Shown here: positions 51,104 through 58,972 of the stretch, piece by piece
How the letters are laid out: each line of letters opens with the position of its first letter
How positions within the stretch are numbered: the stretch's first letter is position 1
DNA from: a virus
DNA: 64,000 nucleotides
Reading direction: 5' to 3' (one strand)
Virus record (IMG/VR): IMGVR_UViG_3300034198_013268
Coordinates: 1-64,000 of that record
Program-made: the position numbers and the translations under genes
The notes under the pieces: generated by a model
What the model was told of the DNA's origin: nothing
The model's input: the letters and a program-made list of their open reading frames with translations, nothing else
Database searches by the model: none

Positions 51104-51583
51104 ATGAATGACGAGACATTTGCTCGTATTGTTGCTGAAGAAGTAAAAAACAAAGCTACGCCTAGTCAGCGTGAATACCTAGAGCAACCGCAAAACCGCG
51201 ATAGGTGGAGACGTGCTCTTATCGCTCTTGTGTCAAACCTTCAACAACAAATAGACGACATAGAAGCTGACGAAAAAGAAGATATAGCAAGATACACGGC
51301 TATGGGTCGCTCCGGCCTGGCTCTTTTGTCAGAAACAACATCTTCTTACTCTGAGCGCAAAAACAAGATTGAACGTTTTAAATTTTATGTTAGTTCAAGG
51401 CTTGACAAAGTGATGGAAATGTCTGAAACGTCAGATTTTATTTCACGGACCGAATTATTTGAAAAAGCAATCCGCGAGCACAAATACCTTATGGAACAAA
51501 ACGATATGGAAGTAACCCCTGCAGATGAGGCACTTTGGGCAACGCTTGACGGTCGTTGGGAGTTCGATGACATTACTATGTAG
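51104..51583 (+). CDS. Hypothetical helical protein
   Basis: ATG 1 nt after the exonuclease stop; 159 aa. Confidence 0.75.
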   Translation: MNDETFARIVAEEVKNKATPSQREYLEQPQNRDRWRRALIALVSNLQQQIDDIEADEKEDIARYTAMGRSGLALLSETTSSYSERKNKIERFKFYVSSRLDKVMEMSETSDFISRTELFEKAIREHKYLMEQNDMEVTPADEALWATLDGRWEFDDITM

Positions 51584-51585
51584 TT

Positions 51586-51885
51586 ATGCGTCATAGGTCT
51601 AGTAAAAAAGAAGCTGAATACAGACTAAGAAGACCATTGGTGGCTCGCCTACTAAAAGAGCGTCCGCTCTGCGAGGCCTGCCCTATATTTGCAAAGCATG
51701 ACGAGCGCGGAGTCTACGGAAGAAGACAAAGCGTAGATATTCATGAATTAAAAAGGCGCTCTCAAGGCGGTTCTATTTTAGATGAAGATAATCTTATGGC
51801 TGTTTGCAGGCCATGTCATACAAGAATTGGAAATTATCCACAGCTTGCTTTTGACTTGGGTTTGTCAAGACATGGATACGAATGA
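51586..51885 (+). CDS. HNH endonuclease
   Basis: CEAC...DIHE...GG...NLMAVCRPCH. Confidence 0.88.
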   Translation: MRHRSSKKEAEYRLRRPLVARLLKERPLCEACPIFAKHDERGVYGRRQSVDIHELKRRSQGGSILDEDNLMAVCRPCHTRIGNYPQLAFDLGLSRHGYE

Positions 51886-51942
51886 CCACAAATAAAGATT
51901 AATTAACATGAGGTCATCATCGGCCAATGTTAGTATCAATAA

Positions 51943-52078
51943 AGCGCGCTAATCCTTCGATAAATAAGGGAGGCAGGTGGTCATAGGTCTAGCGAAACTA
52001 TTTCGCGGCACAGAGGTTGCAAATTATTGCCAAGCCCTCAAACACCCATCTGCGATGCCGGATGGGTGTTTGCTTTTG
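51943..52078 (+). ncRNA. Candidate structured small RNA
   Basis: Extended -10 TGTTAGTAT at 51928-51936, several short hairpins, own terminator, no ATG ORF. Confidence 0.35.
52039..52078 (+). terminator. Intrinsic terminator
   Basis: CAAACACCCATC...GATGGGTGTTTG followed by CTTTTG. Confidence 0.75.
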
Positions 52079-52093
52079 TTGTAGTCTTTTCTC

Positions 52094-52624
52094 GTGTCTT
52101 CCCTTATTGGTCTTGATTTAAGCCTTACATCAACAGGGATTTCCATAAATGAGCAGACATTAACTGTTAATACAAAAACTCGAGGAGCCGAAAGGCTGCA
52201 TATCATATCCTCCGAGATAATAAACAAATGTCTTGAATTTGACGTTTACTGCGCGGTTATAGAGGGGTACTCCTTTGCTTCCCGGAACAGCCAAGCTCAT
52301 AGCATTGGGGAGCTAGGTGGAGCGGTAAGAATGAGACTCTGGGAAAATGGTATCCCCTTTGTTGACATACCTCCAACCTGTAGGGCAAAGTTTGCAACGG
52401 GCAAAGGTAACGCCGGCAAAGGCGAGGTAATTTCTTCAGTTTCAGCAAAGACGGGAATTGTTTTTTCAGGTGCTGGCGGGGATGATGAATGCGATGCTTG
52501 GTTGTTGGAACAGATGGCAATTAGTCATCTTGGTATTAGTAATTATTCATGGCCGGAGATGCATCTATCTGCATTAAGCAAGATAGATTGGGAAGCGTTA
52601 GACAATGCAAGGGAGCAAAAATAA
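52094..52624 (+). CDS. ruvC: RuvC-like Holliday junction resolvase
   Basis: GLDLSLTSTG, VIEGYSF, KFATGKGNA.K, DECDA. Confidence 0.88.
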   Translation: MSSLIGLDLSLTSTGISINEQTLTVNTKTRGAERLHIISSEIINKCLEFDVYCAVIEGYSFASRNSQAHSIGELGGAVRMRLWENGIPFVDIPPTCRAKFATGKGNAGKGEVISSVSAKTGIVFSGAGGDDECDAWLLEQMAISHLGISNYSWPEMHLSALSKIDWEALDNAREQK

Positions 52625-52965
52625 TGAAAAGAAGCGCACCTATAACACAGGTAGACGTAGAGAACGGGCTTCTATCGTTAATAGAAGATTTAGAAGAAGA
52701 AACCGAAGCATTTGAACGTTTAATTGAAGATGCGGCCAAGAAAGAAGCCCTCTACAAGACCAATTGGGCCAAGGAGTATTTATCTGCAAAGGGCTCAATT
52801 AAGGAACGTGAAGCATGGGCCGACTACAAACTTAGTGATGAAGTTTTTGATTATAAAATTTCTGAAGCGTTAGTAAAAGCAAAACGAGAAAAACTACTAT
52901 CCGTGCGTACTAGTATTGACGCTTTACGTACCCTTAACGCAAACGTAAGGTCTCAGGTAAATTGA
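52624..52965 (+). CDS. Hypothetical coiled-coil protein
   Basis: TAATG coupling, GGGAG RBS. Confidence 0.75.
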   Translation: MKRSAPITQVDVENGLLSLIEDLEEETEAFERLIEDAAKKEALYKTNWAKEYLSAKGSIKEREAWADYKLSDEVFDYKISEALVKAKREKLLSVRTSIDALRTLNANVRSQVN

Positions 52966-53522
52966 TGAGTTTTGTTTTTGAAAAATCTATTTTAGGTTTA
53001 AATGAAATACGACCTGCTCCGTGGCGGGCTGTGCATGTTTTGAAACCAGATTTAAAAGTTCTTGTTGAATCAATTCGCGAATATGGGTTAATTAACCCAA
53101 TAGTGGTTCATAAACAAACCGGGTTAATTATTGACGGCTTTCATAGGGCGGTGGCAATTCAGGGCGACAAGGAACTTTCTAAAATCTATAAAAAAGGAAT
53201 ACAGTCTTTAGTTGTTGAGTGTTCAGAAACCGATTCAATGCTTATGCATATTCGGCTTAATCGCGCTCGTGGAGGTGTAGTCCTTCACCACCTCTCTCGT
53301 CTTGTCAAGCAGATATATCAATCTGGAACGCAAAATCTCTACGAACTGGAAGAATCACTAGGCATGACAAGCATGGAGCTAGATGCTCTTTTGGACGGTT
53401 CTCTCATCAAGTCGCGAAAAGTATCGGAACATCAGTACTCTAAAGCTTGGGTCCCAGTTGAGGCACCGGCTGGAAAAGTGGACTCTATGGCTGTTGAGCG
53501 ACCTCCAAATCCAGACAGGTGA
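52962..53522 (+). CDS. ParB-like (IbrB-like) domain protein
   Basis: LVESIREYG..PIVV...IIDGFHR...IRLNRARG. Confidence 0.82.
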   Translation: MMSFVFEKSILGLNEIRPAPWRAVHVLKPDLKVLVESIREYGLINPIVVHKQTGLIIDGFHRAVAIQGDKELSKIYKKGIQSLVVECSETDSMLMHIRLNRARGGVVLHHLSRLVKQIYQSGTQNLYELEESLGMTSMELDALLDGSLIKSRKVSEHQYSKAWVPVEAPAGKVDSMAVERPPNPDR

Positions 53523-53567
53523 TAGTTGGTGTAAACTGTTGTCGTTGCACTAATTGCGAGGTTTCAT

Positions 53568-53789
53568 ATGGTTGCCCCAAATACGAGCGTTGACTCAGAA
53601 CTACCATCCCCCACACGTAGAGAAGCCAGAGGAACAAATTCTGTTGCCCCCTGGTGGAAGAGAGCTGCCTCATATGGCGTTAGACGTCTTGCAGATAGCG
53701 TTGGGGGTAGCGGAAGGCAGAATACTTCAGCAGGTGAAGGTCGTTCACTGTTGCGGGAGCGCAGAACTGCGCGCCTAAGAGCTATTTAG
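53568..53789 (+). CDS. Small Arg-rich protein
   Basis: GAGG RBS, TAAACT -10 upstream; first gene of the neck/tail block. Confidence 0.6.
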   Translation: MVAPNTSVDSELPSPTRREARGTNSVAPWWKRAASYGVRRLADSVGGSGRQNTSAGEGRSLLRERRTARLRAI

Positions 53790-53800
53790 TTAGTTGAACA

Positions 53801-54661
53801 ATGCTTGTTTCTGTTTCTGACTTAACAAACTACATGGATATTCGTTTTAGCTTGCGTCAGCAAGATGCCGCTGAAATGGTCCTTGAAGGCCTTCAAAGCG
53901 AACTTGAGTCGTTCTTGCGTCGACCCGTTGAAGTTCAAGAATATACTGAAACATACGTAATCCCAACATCGGAACAAGGTTACCCATCTTCTTCTTTCTT
54001 TTACGATAAGTCTATTGACACTACCGGTCTCTCAATGAACTACATCCAGCCGTCCGTGGTCTTCCCTTTACGAAATAGTCCTGTAATTCAAATTAAAAGT
54101 GTTTCAGTTCAAAACTTAGCTTTGAATAAAATTTACCTTGCTGAGGCAATGCAGAGAGATTCAATAGTAACCAACATAACGCGAAGCAACGATATTCTTA
54201 CTATAACTTCTCTAAACGATTTTACAAAAGGGCAGCACGTGACTATAAAAGGCGTGGTTCCTAATGACTACAACATTACGGTCAAAGAAATACTTTCAGT
54301 CACTCCAACATCATTTACGGTCAGTGCAACTAATGTCAATATAGACGCAGGTCCGTATGTTTCTGGTGGTACCTGTTTAACTGCGGGGACTGACTACACA
54401 ACTCAAAGATGGGGTGTTGAGCTTTATTACGGATTCCCTAATGACCTTGTAGAGGTTAACTATATTGCTGGTCTTGATGGCGAACAGATTAAAGTATTTA
54501 AATTAATGATTCTTCGCGCAGCCACAAGAGAAATGCAAAATATGCATGATGACGTAGTTGGAGTTAAAGACCTTAACTCTCGTAACGTTGCTCCGCTCGA
54601 AACTGGATTTACGGAAAAAGAACTAAACGCATTGAAGCGTTGGCGTAGAAGAAGAATATAG
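53801..54661 (+). CDS. Head-tail adaptor protein with inserted beta domain
   Basis: LVSV.DL..Y...LESFLRRP...TET, PV..I.SV, VEVNYIAG, L.RWRRRR; position. Confidence 0.75.
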   Translation: MLVSVSDLTNYMDIRFSLRQQDAAEMVLEGLQSELESFLRRPVEVQEYTETYVIPTSEQGYPSSSFFYDKSIDTTGLSMNYIQPSVVFPLRNSPVIQIKSVSVQNLALNKIYLAEAMQRDSIVTNITRSNDILTITSLNDFTKGQHVTIKGVVPNDYNITVKEILSVTPTSFTVSATNVNIDAGPYVSGGTCLTAGTDYTTQRWGVELYYGFPNDLVEVNYIAGLDGEQIKVFKLMILRAATREMQNMHDDVVGVKDLNSRNVAPLETGFTEKELNALKRWRRRRI

Positions 54662-55123
54662 ATGTCCGTTAAAGCGACGGTGAATATAAACGGTGTTCCG
54701 CCAATAGTGCGCAAACTAGGGGATATGCTGCTAAGAGGTAAGACCTTTACCCCTTTATTTGCTAAGCAAATAGCTGAAATAAAACTAGCGTGGGCAGGAA
54801 ATTTTACCACTGGTGGTTTTGCTTCTGGAGGATGGATGCCCCTGGATGCGGGTTATGCAGCATGGAAATTGGTTCGTTACCCTGGGTCTCCCCCGATGGT
54901 AAGAACAGGAAAACTTTTTCAAAGCCTCACGGCTGGAATGACAGAAAGCATCTTTAGCGCAACTCCAAATTCCTACAAAATGGGAACAACCGTTGAGTAC
55001 GCAAAGTTTCATCAATATGGAACTACAAAAATGCCAGCGCGTCAGATAGTATTTGTTCCTACTGAATTTGCCCAGAGGGCAGCAACAGATGCTGCCAATT
55101 GGGTAGTACGAGGGGAAATTTAA
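54662..55123 (+). CDS. Virion morphogenesis protein (Mu gpG-like)
   Basis: W.PL..Y...RTG.L..SL...GT.VEYAKFHQYGT.KMPAR. Confidence 0.85.
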   Translation: MSVKATVNINGVPPIVRKLGDMLLRGKTFTPLFAKQIAEIKLAWAGNFTTGGFASGGWMPLDAGYAAWKLVRYPGSPPMVRTGKLFQSLTAGMTESIFSATPNSYKMGTTVEYAKFHQYGTTKMPARQIVFVPTEFAQRAATDAANWVVRGEI

Positions 55124-55737
55124 TGGCCGGCAACTTAATGTTCGGCGCTCAGTTTGCAAAAAGTTTTGTGAGCCAATACCTGAGTGCAGATATTCCACAA
55201 AGACTCATTAGGTACAGAAATGGGTGGAACCTCGATGACTTAACCCTTCCTGTACCGGTCGACTATTTGACCTATGAGCCGCTTGCTTTAGATGCTTGGC
55301 CAATAATAATTACTGTTGCTATCAATGCCAAGTCTTTTGACAGATTAGGTTTTGATGGTTGGTCGATGGACCCTCGCTATAGAGTTAAGTACGGCATGCG
55401 CACGTACGTTTGGGTAAGAACCGAAGGTTCCGAAGAAGCAACGCTTATGCGCGACAGGCTTACAACCGTAGTGCGTTCTGCCCTTTTGGACTATCCATGC
55501 CTTCAGCGTGCTGACGACGGCAATCAGGCCCTAGTAGAAGAAACCTCAATGTCTGAAGAATACTCAGAATTGACTTTGCTCAAAGGTGACAGGGTGCTTG
55601 CTGGAGCTTACTTGGGTTATGACCTATTATTAGATGAAGTGATTAAGCGGGAAGACCTCGGACCTCCTGTCTCACATTACGATGTCGAAGTACAAGGAAC
55701 GGGCGACCCGACAGCCACATTACCGCTGGAGAACTAA
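55123..55737 (+). CDS. Putative tail completion/terminator protein
   Basis: TAATG coupling; position between neck and sheath genes. Confidence 0.6.
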   Translation: MAGNLMFGAQFAKSFVSQYLSADIPQRLIRYRNGWNLDDLTLPVPVDYLTYEPLALDAWPIIITVAINAKSFDRLGFDGWSMDPRYRVKYGMRTYVWVRTEGSEEATLMRDRLTTVVRSALLDYPCLQRADDGNQALVEETSMSEEYSELTLLKGDRVLAGAYLGYDLLLDEVIKREDLGPPVSHYDVEVQGTGDPTATLPLEN

Positions 55738-56241
55738 ATGGAACATAACGACGCAAATTTTTTTAAAGCACTGCCATCGGTACAAACAGTGCTCCCTAGT
55801 GAGTATTTTGGAACAATTCAAATACAAAATACTTCCGGTGCAACCCTGCTTGTAACTGATGAAACCTATATGTATCCTCGTTCTGTTGCGTTAGTGTCAA
55901 TAAATAATGTAAGAATTGAAAAACTTATAGCTGAAAAAAAAATAAAAGCTAAAATTTTTGAAACTGATGCAACTTTGTCAATAGATGATGCAGATGAAAC
56001 CGTAGTTGCTGCAAAAAAAAAGCAAAAGAAAAAAGTTCACCGAGAGTCTTCCTCCCCCCAATCAGCAGAAAGTGCTGCGGATAATGAGCTTCTTGCCGCT
56101 TTGATTTCCGGTGAAATAAAAGAAACAGAACCACAAGTCGATGAAGCGCCAGAAATGGTTGCCGAAGAAGAAAAAATAGATTCAATAGAAACGGTTGAAG
56201 GTCTGCCAGAAGACGACGCAAAAGCGTTACAATCTGAGTAG
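55738..56241 (+). CDS. Hypothetical protein with acidic tail
   Basis: 167 aa, GGAG RBS, abuts previous gene. Confidence 0.7.
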   Translation: MEHNDANFFKALPSVQTVLPSEYFGTIQIQNTSGATLLVTDETYMYPRSVALVSINNVRIEKLIAEKKIKAKIFETDATLSIDDADETVVAAKKKQKKKVHRESSSPQSAESAADNELLAALISGEIKETEPQVDEAPEMVAEEEKIDSIETVEGLPEDDAKALQSE

Positions 56242-56286
56242 TCTCAATTCAAATAGCCCTTGTAAAATACGGGGACGGAGGAAGCA

Positions 56287-57747
56287 ATGCCAGGTGTAAT
56301 CGTCACAACCGCAGTTCGTACTGGTCCGGTTAACGTTCAAACTGCCGCAACCGCAACGATGTTCGTTGCCGGTGTAACAGACCGCGGACCAGATGGCCCA
56401 AACAATGCATTTTTAGTTTCGAGTATCTCTGACTTTGAAGCAATATACGGTGGTTACACATCTTCAGGATGGGTTCATCAATCAGTTAATGCTTTCTTTG
56501 AAGAGGGTGGCTCACGTGCTTACATCTCGCGCGTAGCACCTGCTGACGCAACTGAGGCCGACTGCATCCTTCTTGATGGCGTATTGCCGGTAATAACCCT
56601 TACTGCTGCTGGCAAGGGCACATGGTCTCACTCAGGTGTTTTGACCGCAACCGTCACGCAGCCTACCATTACAACTTTCAAGATTCAAATCAAGCTTGAT
56701 GGTGAGCTTGTCTACTCAACGAAGACTCATACAACATCTATTGATGCTGTAGAAGAAATTAATAACAGCGAAGTTGCAGCCATTTACGTTACGGCTGCAG
56801 ATGAAGGCGAAGAGACTATTCCTGACGCTGTAGCTGCAAAAAACTTCAGCGGTGGAACTGACGGTGCTGCCGTTGCTGCTGCCGACGTTGTTGCTGCAAT
56901 TGCTTGTTTTAACCAGAATATGGGACCTGGGGCAGTTTGCGCTCCTGGATACACAACATCTGACGTTAGAAACGCACTTCTTGAGCATGCTCAAGAAAAT
57001 AACAGAGTAGCAATTCTTGGTTTTGACAAAGATATTAGCGTAGACGATGCGATTGCTGAAGCAACTGACTACACTGACCTGCCGGACCAGTCAGAGCGCG
57101 CAGCCTTCTTTTATCCTTGGGTAAAGGTTCCTAACGGTAACGTTACAATGACCATCCCGCCAGAAGGATACGTATGCGCCAAGCGTGCAGAAATCCACAA
57201 TGGCTACGGCAGCTGGACCCCATATGCCGGAGAGCGCACAGAAAGCCGTTACGTAACGGTTCCTGCAGTTGCTCTCAGCAAGACGGACGCACAAAAGCTT
57301 GACGATGGCTACATCAATGCAATTAAGTTGATTAACAACAAAGCAAGAATCTATGGTGCTCGTTCGGTTTCTTCTGATACCGACAACTTCCGTTTCATTA
57401 CTTCAAGAGAAGTATTGAATCAAATTGTTGCAGAAGCCGAAGCGGACCTTGAAAGAATGTTGTTCTTGCCAATTGATGGACGCCGCTCTACATTTGTAGC
57501 GGTTGAAGCTGCACTAACAGCAATAATGGGAAGAATCCGTACTGGTGGCGGGCTTTTTGAAGCCTATGACCAAAGCGGTAAGTTGATTGACCCTGGTTAT
57601 GTAGTCCAAGTCAACGATGCAATCAACCCTTTATCACAATTGGCCACTGGAGTCATCAAGGCAAAAGTAGCAGCTCGTGTTTCTTCTATCGGAGACAAGA
57701 TAGAAGTGACAATCACTAAATCAAATCTAACATCAAGCTTGGCATAA
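56287..57747 (+). CDS. Contractile tail sheath protein
   Basis: MPGV.V, FVAGVTDRGP, AFFEEGGSRAYISRV, FFYPWV.VP...PP.G, INAIK...IYGARS. Confidence 0.93.
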   Translation: MPGVIVTTAVRTGPVNVQTAATATMFVAGVTDRGPDGPNNAFLVSSISDFEAIYGGYTSSGWVHQSVNAFFEEGGSRAYISRVAPADATEADCILLDGVLPVITLTAAGKGTWSHSGVLTATVTQPTITTFKIQIKLDGELVYSTKTHTTSIDAVEEINNSEVAAIYVTAADEGEETIPDAVAAKNFSGGTDGAAVAAADVVAAIACFNQNMGPGAVCAPGYTTSDVRNALLEHAQENNRVAILGFDKDISVDDAIAEATDYTDLPDQSERAAFFYPWVKVPNGNVTMTIPPEGYVCAKRAEIHNGYGSWTPYAGERTESRYVTVPAVALSKTDAQKLDDGYINAIKLINNKARIYGARSVSSDTDNFRFITSREVLNQIVAEAEADLERMLFLPIDGRRSTFVAVEAALTAIMGRIRTGGGLFEAYDQSGKLIDPGYVVQVNDAINPLSQLATGVIKAKVAARVSSIGDKIEVTITKSNLTSSLA

Positions 57748-57759
57748 ACGGAGAAAAAA

Positions 57760-58206
57760 ATGGCATACTCAAGTTCACCCAGATACGCACAGAGACAAAT
57801 ACTGGCGAAATGTACCCCCATTGCTGGTGCTGGTGCTCCCACAATCAATGACTACTTTGCTCAAATATCTGGAGGCGAAATTACTGCCTCTGTTGAGAAG
57901 GTATATCTAGGAGGAGAACCATTCCCAACCACCCTTTGCGCTCCATCTGAGGTCGGGGACATCACCCTGACCAAACATTATGCTGACGACATGCAGGCGG
58001 TACTCAAGGCCCTGCGTCCACTGGTTGGGCGCGCTTACTATTCTATCTCAGTAACTGACGTAGACTGCGGTTTGGCAGCCCATCAAACGCAAAGAACCTA
58101 TTCGTCGGCCCTGCTTGTCGGAATGTCTGAGCCAGAAGGTGACGCATCTTCGGGTGCTCCAGTGACTTTTGCCCTTACATTTGCTGTAAACGGTCCTCCA
58201 GAATAA
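57760..58206 (+). CDS. Tail tube protein
   Basis: Follows sheath; F..ISGGEI...GDITLTK...EGDASS...FALTF. Confidence 0.8.
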   Translation: MAYSSSPRYAQRQILAKCTPIAGAGAPTINDYFAQISGGEITASVEKVYLGGEPFPTTLCAPSEVGDITLTKHYADDMQAVLKALRPLVGRAYYSISVTDVDCGLAAHQTQRTYSSALLVGMSEPEGDASSGAPVTFALTFAVNGPPE

Positions 58207-58261
58207 AAAAGTAATTCATTTACATTTGTATTGAGGGCACTAGTGTGCTATTGTTCACGCT

Positions 58262-58774
58262 ATGACAAACCTCTACGAAGATTCTGAATTCTCCAATCCC
58301 GCTCCGGTAGTAATCCCTGACGCGGATATTGATAATGTGTTAGACCAGCTAAAAGCTGTTATTGCCAAAAAGGTAAAACGTCCTGATGTTTTTATCAGCG
58401 TCCCTGAACGACCCGGTGTTACATTACTAATTAGCCCCAACATCACCCAACAGCAGATTAAGGCTTGGCAAAAAAATGCTGGTTCTGACTCTAAAAATGG
58501 AATTGACGCAACAAAGTTTGCGTGTCAAGTAATCGGACACACAACCGTTGGTGTTTTCCTTAATGACGAAGAAGTTTTTGAAGGCGGAAAACCACTTGGT
58601 TTTGCTTCTCCTTCAATTCTTAAGATGACGGGTGCATCACGAGCGCTTCCAGATGCAGTAATTGCATTCTTTGGTATTGACCCACACGTGGAGGCAGCAG
58701 CACTGGCAATCATCGACGCCGCTGGGTATGGCGACGTAATTGAGCAACAGGAAAACCCTACGAAACAATCCTAG
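58262..58774 (+). CDS. Tail assembly chaperone (short form)
   Basis: Between tube and tape measure; ends ENPTKQS. Confidence 0.75.
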   Translation: MTNLYEDSEFSNPAPVVIPDADIDNVLDQLKAVIAKKVKRPDVFISVPERPGVTLLISPNITQQQIKAWQKNAGSDSKNGIDATKFACQVIGHTTVGVFLNDEEVFEGGKPLGFASPSILKMTGASRALPDAVIAFFGIDPHVEAAALAIIDAAGYGDVIEQQENPTKQS

Positions 58775-58941
58775 AGGAATTAGTAGACGATTCTAGGATT
58801 GCGACTGCAGCCCGCCTTGGCGAGCTATTTGGTTCAGACCCAATAAAACTACTGGATTGCAGCCCTGATGAATGGGTGATACGCGTCGCTTGTGCTAAAG
58901 TTATAGAAGCGGACCGCGAGGCTGCGGAGCGTAAACGCTAA
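58753..58941 (+). other. Programmed -1 frameshift site and extension of the tail chaperone
   Basis: A AAC CCT (X XXY YYZ) at 58753-58759; -1 frame open for 61 codons (PYETILEELV...AAERKR) to TAA 58941. Confidence 0.75.
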
Positions 58942-58972
58942 TAGGCATTAACGCCTTTAAACTGGGGTTCTA

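Noticed and set aside
2852-53522. Two ParB-like genes as a partition or DNA-modification system
   Set aside because: About 50 kb apart, with no ParA, parS repeats, methylase or PAPS-reductase partner in the window
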